Below, one piece after another: positions 57,621 to 64,000 of a DNA stretch of 64,000 nucleotides (position 1 is the first letter of the stretch; every line of letters starts with the position of its first letter). Source of the stretch: Terriglobia bacterium (GTDB lineage Bacteria; Acidobacteriota; Terriglobia; Terriglobales; Acidobacteriaceae); NCBI GenBank assembly GCA_963702965.1, contig OY969776.1, forward strand, positions 2,731,992 to 2,795,991, read 5' to 3'. The translations under genes were made by a program, and so were the position numbers. The notes beneath the pieces are model-generated. The model was not told the origin of the DNA, ran no database searches, and worked only from the letters and a program-made list of their open reading frames with translations.

Positions 57621-58832
57621 GTGAACGGCAACAATCAGGCAAAGAAACGGCGCAAACGGCTTCTCATCGTGGGAATTGTCGTGGCCATCGTGCTCGTATT
57701 CGCGGGCGTAGTGTTCGCATTTACCCGCGGCGGTACCAAGATTGACCCGACGAAACTAGCCAAGGTGGAGCGTGGAGACTTGGCCAAGAGCGTCGTGGCG
57801 ACGGGCAAGGTTGAGCCGATCACGAAAGTGGAAATCAAGAGCAAAGCCAGCGGCTTGGTGAAAAAGCTCTACGTGGAGTATGGAGATCGCGTCCACCAAG
57901 GCGAACTTCTGGCCCAACTCGACAAGGCCGAGATTCAAGCGGGCGTGGACCAATCCAAGGCAGCCTTGGAAGCGGCGCAGGCGAGCTTGACCAGCTCACA
58001 AGCCGACTACGAGCGCGCCAAAGTGGATGCGGAAGGCCCAGATGTTCCGCTGCTCAAGCGGGCCTACGATCGCGCCGAGGGCATGGCGAAAGATGGGGTG
58101 GTTTCGCAATCAGCCCTGGACGATGCCGAAAAGAACTATGAAATGTCGTTGAACAAGCAGAACGTGGCCAAGGCGCAGGTACAGGTCTTGAAGGCGAAGA
58201 TTGCGCAGGCGCAAGCGACCGTAGCGCAGGACGATGCGAACTTGAAACAGTTGGAAGAGCAGTTGAGCTATACCGACATTACATCTCCGATTGACGGCAT
58301 CGTGCTCTCCCGTGACGTAGAAATCGGCGATGCCGTGAGCTCGATTCTGGTCTTGGGTTCTTCAGCAACCCTGGTCATGACGCTCGGCGACACCAGCCAG
58401 GTCTATGTGAAGGGCAAGGTGGACGAAAGCGATATCGGCAAGGTTTATCTCGGCCAGCCAGCGAGAATCAAAGTCGAGTCGTTCAAAGACAAGACCTTCA
58501 ATGGCGTGGTCACAAAGATTTCGCCGATGGGCGTGGAGAAAGACAACGTCACGACCTTCGAAGTGCGTGTGTCCATCAACAACCCCGGTGGCGAGCTCAA
58601 AGCAGAGATGACCGCCAATGCGGAGATCATTCTGGATGAGCACAAGAATGTGCTTCAGATTCCCGAAGGCGCGATTCTTTATGACAAAGACAAGAAAGCA
58701 TCGGTCGAGATTCCCGATCCCAAGCAAAAGGACGGTAAGCGCAAGATCGCCGTCAACATCGGTATCTCCAATGGCGCCAAGACCGAAGTTCTGAGCGGAT
58801 TGAGAGAGGGCGATCAGGTGGTGTTGCAGTAG
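57621..58832 (+). CDS. HlyD/MacA-type periplasmic adaptor (membrane fusion protein)
   Basis: GTG start, N-terminal TM, VVATGKVEP, coiled-coil hairpin, ITSPIDGIV lipoyl motif and beta-barrel domain. Confidence 0.85.
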   Translation: MNGNNQAKKRRKRLLIVGIVVAIVLVFAGVVFAFTRGGTKIDPTKLAKVERGDLAKSVVATGKVEPITKVEIKSKASGLVKKLYVEYGDRVHQGELLAQLDKAEIQAGVDQSKAALEAAQASLTSSQADYERAKVDAEGPDVPLLKRAYDRAEGMAKDGVVSQSALDDAEKNYEMSLNKQNVAKAQVQVLKAKIAQAQATVAQDDANLKQLEEQLSYTDITSPIDGIVLSRDVEIGDAVSSILVLGSSATLVMTLGDTSQVYVKGKVDESDIGKVYLGQPARIKVESFKDKTFNGVVTKISPMGVEKDNVTTFEVRVSINNPGGELKAEMTANAEIILDEHKNVLQIPEGAILYDKDKKASVEIPDPKQKDGKRKIAVNIGISNGAKTEVLSGLREGDQVVLQ

Positions 58833-58946
58833 GCCGCTTGTGAATTGAACACAAGGGGCACGGACGAGAAACCGTGCCCCTTCACTCTTCACTCCTACGA
58901 ACAACTTTTCACCGGACAAAGACCCGGACAAAAATAGAGAGGACTT

Positions 58947-59930
58947 ATGAAATCTCAGAGATGGATAGGTTCTGTGCTCGCTATAGCAACGGCTATGGGT
59001 CTTGCCTGTCTCGCGTCTCCGGCAGCGCAGGCGTCCGCGGAAGGCGGCTTTCAAAAGACTCTTGCCGTCACGGGTTCGGTTGATTTGGATCTGACGACCG
59101 GGTCGGGCGATGTTCACATTGGCAGTGGCCCGGCCGGGCAGGTACAAGTCACCGCGCGCATCAAAGTCAACAACTGGTTCGGAGGAAATGAAGAAGATCG
59201 CATTCGGCAAATCGAATCCAATCCTCCAATCCAGCAGACTGGAAACACGATTCACATCGGCCACTTGGATAATGAACTGGGACACAACATCTCCATCTCC
59301 TATAACGTGATCGTGCCTCCAGATACGCGTTTACACGCGCATACCGGCTCGGGCGATCAGGAAATTACGGGATTGCAGGGACCCATCGAAGTTGAATCGG
59401 GTTCGGGAAACTTGCGCATATCGCAGATTGGCAGCACCGTCCATGCCGAAACGGGGTCGGGCGACGTGAACATCACGCAGGTAAAAGGTGATTTGCGAGC
59501 GAAAACCGGCAGTGGCACCATACACGCCATGGATGTCGCGGGCGGGTTGGAAGCCCACTCCGGCAGCGGCGATATTGAATTTACCCAGACTGCGCCTGGG
59601 GCGGTGCGCGTAACCACTGGATCCGGCGAGGTGGAATTACGCGGTGTCAAAGGAACGGTTGACGCCGAAGCGGGCAGCGGCGGTATTCATGTGGAAGGCG
59701 CGCCGACAGGTTCCTGGAGTTTGCACACCGGTTCCGGCGAGGTCCGGCTCAAACTCGTGGCTGATGCAGCTTTCGATCTCGATGCCCGCACCAGCTCCGG
59801 TTCAATTACAGTGGATGCGCCCGTGACCGTGCAGGGTACGATGGGACGGAAAGAGCTTAGCGGAAAGGTCCGTGGCGGAGGCGTCCCGATGGTGGTACGC
59901 ACCGGCTCCGGAGACATCGACATCGAATAG
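58947..59930 (+). CDS. DUF4097-like putative adhesin (beta-helical GSGD repeats)
   Basis: Signal peptide, then about 10 repeats of (T/S)GSG(D/E/N)(V/I)x(I/L) spaced roughly 18-22 aa apart. Confidence 0.65.
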   Translation: MKSQRWIGSVLAIATAMGLACLASPAAQASAEGGFQKTLAVTGSVDLDLTTGSGDVHIGSGPAGQVQVTARIKVNNWFGGNEEDRIRQIESNPPIQQTGNTIHIGHLDNELGHNISISYNVIVPPDTRLHAHTGSGDQEITGLQGPIEVESGSGNLRISQIGSTVHAETGSGDVNITQVKGDLRAKTGSGTIHAMDVAGGLEAHSGSGDIEFTQTAPGAVRVTTGSGEVELRGVKGTVDAEAGSGGIHVEGAPTGSWSLHTGSGEVRLKLVADAAFDLDARTSSGSITVDAPVTVQGTMGRKELSGKVRGGGVPMVVRTGSGDIDIE

Positions 59931-59939
59931 CCGAAGTGT

Positions 59940-60013
59940 TGGTTGCCCCCCAGGGATTCGAACCCCGATAGGCAGATCCAGAATCTGCTGTCCTACCATT
60001 GAACGAGGGGGCA
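59940..60013 (-). tRNA. tRNA-Gln (anticodon CTG), CCA encoded
   Basis: Minus strand TGCCCCCTCGTTCAATGGTAGGACAGCAGATTCTGGATCTGCCTATCGGGGTTCGAATCCCTGGGGGGCAACCA. It has a 7-bp acceptor stem, anticodon loop TTCTGGA and a T-loop GGTTCGAATCC. Confidence 0.9.
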
Positions 60014-60098
60014 ACACTCAGGTTGGAACCGACTTCTCGATTCTATGGGCAGCGCTGCGTAGCGGTCAACCAGCTTTGCAGCCTGATAAACTCATCGA

Positions 60099-60710
60099 AT
60101 GGACTCTGCCTTGGGCCACGTTGTACAAATCACACCAGATTCGTCCGATATCGCCCGCCAGCCACTGCTCGCCGAAAACTGCGCCCTGATCGTCATTGAT
60201 ATTCAGGAAAAACTTCTGCCCCCGATTTTTGAGAAAGCCAGGTTGCTGAAGAATTCCCAACTGCTCCTACGTACCGCGAATCTGCTCGGTGTTCCTGCAA
60301 TCGTAACCACACAATATGCCAAAGCGCTTGGGAACACGGTGCCGGAAATTGCTTCCCTGCTGCCCGATGTCCAGCCGTTTGATAAGCAGATTTTTTCGTG
60401 TTTCGGCAGCGAGGCATTTTGTGCCAGCCTGAAACGGCTGCCGGGGCAGCGCAACACCATGCTGCTGTGTGGAATGGAATCTCATATCTGCGTCATGCAG
60501 ACGGCTTTGTCCGCTTTGCGCCAGGGCTACCTCGTACACGTCGCGTCAGATGCCGTAAGTTCGCGCACGGAATGGAACTGGAAAATCGGACTCGACCGCA
60601 TGAAGACAGCGGGAGCAGTAATTTCTTCGACCGAGATGATGATGTATGAATTAATGCGAAGCTCGGGCGCGCCCGCATTTAAGGAATTGCTGCCTTACCT
60701 CAAAGACTAG
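60099..60710 (+). CDS. isochorismatase-family cysteine hydrolase
   Basis: NCALIVIDIQEKLL, LLCGMESHICVMQTALSA (catalytic Cys context). Confidence 0.75.
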   Translation: MDSALGHVVQITPDSSDIARQPLLAENCALIVIDIQEKLLPPIFEKARLLKNSQLLLRTANLLGVPAIVTTQYAKALGNTVPEIASLLPDVQPFDKQIFSCFGSEAFCASLKRLPGQRNTMLLCGMESHICVMQTALSALRQGYLVHVASDAVSSRTEWNWKIGLDRMKTAGAVISSTEMMMYELMRSSGAPAFKELLPYLKD

Positions 60711-60731
60711 CGTCCGAAAATCTTGGCTACG

Positions 60732-61172
60732 TTACTCTTTTTGTTTCACGCGTACAAGAGTAATCTTTGAAAAGCCTTCGCCAAACTCCGGCGCTTTGAG
60801 TTTGGCGGCCATGCGGCGCATAACATCTTCAGGTACGACGCGCTGGCGCTTGGCATTGCGCTCCAGGCAGATTTCCAAAGGCACATCGAAATAGACCGCC
60901 TGGACTTCGTACCCGTAATCGCGCGCCAGTTTGATCCAGTTTTGCCGTTCCTGCGGGGTGAGGTTGGTCGTATCCACATAGCTCACGGGCCGCTTCGCGA
61001 TAAGCCGCGCCTTGAGCATGGAGCGGAGGTTCGAGAAAACCAGGTCCTGAAAGCGTTGCTCGACCGGATCGTCGAAGAGCAGAGAACGCAGCATATCGCT
61101 CGAGAGCGGCGTAATGTCGTTGCGTTTGAACCACGAACTCTTGCCCGACCCAGGCAAGCCAATGGCCAGCAC
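60732..61172 (-). CDS. P-loop kinase (AAA_33 / polynucleotide-kinase-like)
   Basis: GLPGSGKSS Walker A near the N-terminus; 146 aa; GTG start. No upstream start exists in this frame. Confidence 0.6.
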   Translation of the reverse strand: MLAIGLPGSGKSSWFKRNDITPLSSDMLRSLLFDDPVEQRFQDLVFSNLRSMLKARLIAKRPVSYVDTTNLTPQERQNWIKLARDYGYEVQAVYFDVPLEICLERNAKRQRVVPEDVMRRMAAKLKAPEFGEGFSKITLVRVKQKE

Positions 61173-61765
61173 AACACTTCCCTTCGGAGACGCCGGAGCA
61201 GGCGCGCCGATGGCGGCCGGAACAACTGGAGCCGCGCTGCTTCGCTCGGAACTTGTGTACGCGCGGCTTCCGCACGTGACCCAGAACGCCCGCGACCGCG
61301 ACCTCCACGGCTTCGGCGACGAGAAGGCCCATCGTTATCACTCCTACCAGGCTTGGGCCGGGATGAGGGCGTCGCAACTGACAAATCATCATCGGCCTGA
61401 GAATGCGACTCCCCCTGCGCTTCGACTGGGGCCGGGCTGTTCGGGCTTGGCTTCGGGCTTGGAACGTCGAGGCTGCGGCGGGTCGGGCTCGGCTCGATTT
61501 CCGTCAATCTCTCGCGGAGCAGACTCGCCTGCCGGTGCGGCATCGAAGTAGGCGGGTTGCAACGGCGCTTGCGTGGACTCCGGTTTTGCTTCTTCTTTCG
61601 GTTTACGGCGGCGCATGACGCGCTCGCGCATCCATTTACGCATGTTTGGCTTATACATCACCGAGGTAGTCGCAAGCAATGCGACGTACCAAAGGCGGCA
61701 GCTATAACTACGAAAAAAAGAAGAAGCGCTCCGCAGGTTTACGAAGCGCCCCCGGTTTCGACCTG

Positions 61766-64000
61766 TTATTGCACGTTCAAGGCGACAGTTTGCGTAACCG
61801 ATATCGTTCCTGAGGTCCCGGTCACGGTAAATTGCGTGGCGCCGATCGGCGTCCCACCGCCTCCGCCACCGCTACTGCCACTTGGACCGCCGCCACAGGC
61901 TCCCATCCACAGCGTGGAAAGACCCAGAATCACAAGCAACGTCATTATCCGCGCGCCCCGATACGACCGCTTGCGGCTGAATAGAATCACGCCGAATATG
62001 CCCGGCAACAGCATCGCATAGAACATCCCGCTGCTCTTGCCCGGGGTCACGAGATTGGAAGATGCGGCTGTCGTCGTTACCATCACGGTCACGCCGGTCG
62101 AGGTAGCTTGCGTGGAGCATGCAGCTCCGGCAAGAACCAGCGTGCAGGAGTAAGAGATAGTTCCGTTGAATCCGGCAATCGGCGTCGCCGTGAGCGTGCC
62201 CATGCCGCCTTGTCCGGGAGCTGAAATGCCAATTGTCACTCCGGAGGACAAGGTAAAGCTCTGCACAGCTAGGGCGCTCGGAGACGAGACCGAAGCCGTG
62301 TAATTGGTGTCACCCGGATAGTTCGCGGTCACGGTGAAGGTTCCGGCTTTCAAAGTGCTCGTTGAGAACGTCGCGGTCCCGCTGGACAACGTACCGGAGC
62401 CAAGCGAGGCCGAACCATTCATGAAAGTTACGCTTCCCGATGGCGCCAATCCGCCTCCCGGCTGGGGAATGGTGGCTGTGAAGGTGACCGTCGAACCGGC
62501 ATCGACGGTGGACGAAGAGAGCATCAACCCTGTGGCAGTGGAAGCTTTGCTGATGGTCGCCGCCGTCGTACCGTTCGAAAACCCGTAATTCGGGTCACCG
62601 TTGTATGAGGCGGTTATTGTATTGCTTCCAGTTGGAATGAACGTGGTCTGCACGCTGCCCGAGGCGGATGTGCCCGACCCGCTCAAAACCGCCGTCCCCA
62701 GCGTTGTGGCGCCGACGGTAAAGGTTACGGTGCCCGTGGGAGTATTCGAGTTCGATGTTGCTGTCACCGTCGCCGATAATGTGACAGGAGTGCCGTAAGC
62801 GCCGCTGGCAGGCGCAGCCATCGCCACGGTTGTGTTGGGTTCGTCCAGTGTAACCAGAACCGTTGTCGGTGACGAAGTCGAGCCAGGGAACGTTGAGTCG
62901 CCGCCGTAGATTGCTGTAATGCTGTGGCTTCCGCCGATGAGTATGACATTCGACAAGCTCGCACTGCCGCTGGCGAGGGTGCCATTACCCAAATTATTCG
63001 ATCCATCCATGAAGGTAACCGTGCCAGTCGGCGTTCCTGTGCCGCCGGATGCGGTCACGGTCGCCGTGAGCGTGACACTCTGAGTGGTTCCCACGTAAAT
63101 TCCTCCGGATGGAGGCGGGCTAAGCGCCAGCGTAGTCGTGGTGAACAGTGGCGCAAACGCGCGTGCCAGTTCGTTCGCATCCACCGAGCCCAGGCCGGTG
63201 ACGAGATCGTAACCAGCGCCCGCGGTAAAGCCGAATTGACCGCTGCCGGGGCAACCCGTGGACCCCGATTGGCAGGGCACAATGTTGTTGCCGGTAGTCA
63301 CATCATGAAACGCCGGAGAGGAGGCATACTGATAAAGCTTCTGATTGATGTTGCCCAATCCGACGGTACCGCCGTTGGCCGCGACATACTGATTCATCAG
63401 GCTCACAATGCCGGCGAAAGCCGGCGCCGATGCCGAAGTGCCGCCTACGATCGAATTATTGTTGACGGCATTCGCTATACCACTGGCGCAACTTCCGCCG
63501 CTGCAGAAAATGTAGCCGTCATGGTTGGCAGATGCAGATAACGAAACATCCGGAACATCGCGCACGTGGTCGGCCGGGACTCCCGTCCCAACTTGCCATG
63601 AAGGCTTGGCGAAACCTCCGGTGCAGGTGCCATTCGACTCCACGCCACAACTGCTCTTTCCGCCGCCGCTAGCGGAGAGATAAGGCCCGTTCACCCCGCC
63701 CGTGCCCGTTGTGTCGGAATCATTCCATCCCATTTCCGGGATGTATCCGCAGGCGGTACCCAGATTGCCGGGATTGCAATTCCAATAAGAAGTTCCGCCA
63801 GCCTCATTAAACTCGGTCCCGCCCACGCCCGTGACTTCTGGGCTGCTCGCCGGGTAATTTACCGATGGTCCGTAAGTGGCCACGCTCACCGGATTTAGGG
63901 GGTACGTACCATCGCACGCCGCGGCACCATCATCCCCGGAAGAGGCAAGAAATGTCTGGCCTTGGGCGCTAGCTTGCACGAGGAAACTTTCGAAATACGG
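61766..64000 (-). CDS. S53 (sedolisin) family peptidase with multiple Ig-like repeats (5' end outside window)
   Basis: SSGDDGAAACDG and GGTSASAPAFAGIVSLMNQ (sedolisin Ser motif), followed by several units of roughly 90-100 aa (GxVTFxxGxxxLGxxxLxxGxA). Unusual hydrophobic C-terminus. Confidence 0.7.
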   Translation of the reverse strand, partial: PYFESFLVQASAQGQTFLASSGDDGAAACDGTYPLNPVSVATYGPSVNYPASSPEVTGVGGTEFNEAGGTSYWNCNPGNLGTACGYIPEMGWNDSDTTGTGGVNGPYLSASGGGKSSCGVESNGTCTGGFAKPSWQVGTGVPADHVRDVPDVSLSASANHDGYIFCSGGSCASGIANAVNNNSIVGGTSASAPAFAGIVSLMNQYVAANGGTVGLGNINQKLYQYASSPAFHDVTTGNNIVPCQSGSTGCPGSGQFGFTAGAGYDLVTGLGSVDANELARAFAPLFTTTTLALSPPPSGGIYVGTTQSVTLTATVTASGGTGTPTGTVTFMDGSNNLGNGTLASGSASLSNVILIGGSHSITAIYGGDSTFPGSTSSPTTVLVTLDEPNTTVAMAAPASGAYGTPVTLSATVTATSNSNTPTGTVTFTVGATTLGTAVLSGSGTSASGSVQTTFIPTGSNTITASYNGDPNYGFSNGTTAATISKASTATGLMLSSSTVDAGSTVTFTATIPQPGGGLAPSGSVTFMNGSASLGSGTLSSGTATFSTSTLKAGTFTVTANYPGDTNYTASVSSPSALAVQSFTLSSGVTIGISAPGQGGMGTLTATPIAGFNGTISYSCTLVLAGAACSTQATSTGVTVMVTTTAASSNLVTPGKSSGMFYAMLLPGIFGVILFSRKRSYRGARIMTLLVILGLSTLWMGACGGGPSGSSGGGGGGTPIGATQFTVTGTSGTISVTQTVALNVQ

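Noticed and set aside
59931-60100. tRNA-Gln as an integration site for a genomic island.
   Set aside because: No integrase gene is nearby and I saw no direct repeat of the tRNA 3' end. The flanking genes look ordinary.
61389-61679. 96-aa Lys/Pro/Arg-rich ORF, considered as a gene.
   Set aside because: It is low complexity with no RBS, and competing ORFs are open in other frames. It is kept only as an unresolved interval in the findings.

Overview
The window looks like a chromosomal segment from a moderately GC-rich soil bacterium. The gene content suggests Acidobacteriota: GloVer-type repeat proteins, orphan FtsX/MacB-type permeases, BlaI/BlaR1 and many secreted peptidases. This taxonomic call is inference only.

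The backbone is housekeeping: groES-groEL with a CIRCE operator, smc, purC, cvpA, mnmA, hbd, uppS-cdsA / dxr-rseP / ispG, rmuC and tRNA-Gln(CTG). Accessory material is interleaved with it.

1. A REP/RAYT system is the most conspicuous feature. A Y1 HUH transposase-like gene (9951-10475, minus) sits between two tandem arrays of about 87-140 bp REP-doublet (REPIN-like) units. A third array lies at 4656-5266, giving 17 full units in total.
2. A REP arm followed by nine 24-nt repeats derived from the REP linker is embedded in frame inside smc (18902-19156).
3. Three VapBC-type toxin-antitoxin pairs lie within about 7 kb. One of them, together with a DinB gene, splits a dppB/dppC-like permease pair.
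4. Several genes carry frameshifts: the RAYT C-terminus, one htrA/degP paralog, a BNR-repeat gene wedged between cdsA and dxr, and dppB. Relics of GloVer genes are also present.
5. There is a tandem duplication of a secreted Cys-rich protein of unknown family.
6. A short dispersed roughly 45 bp repeat brackets groEL.

Many long ORFs in the supplied track are antisense shadows in GC-rich genes or read-through of repeat arrays, and I reject them as coding. I found no CRISPR array, no cas genes, no integrase and no rRNA.
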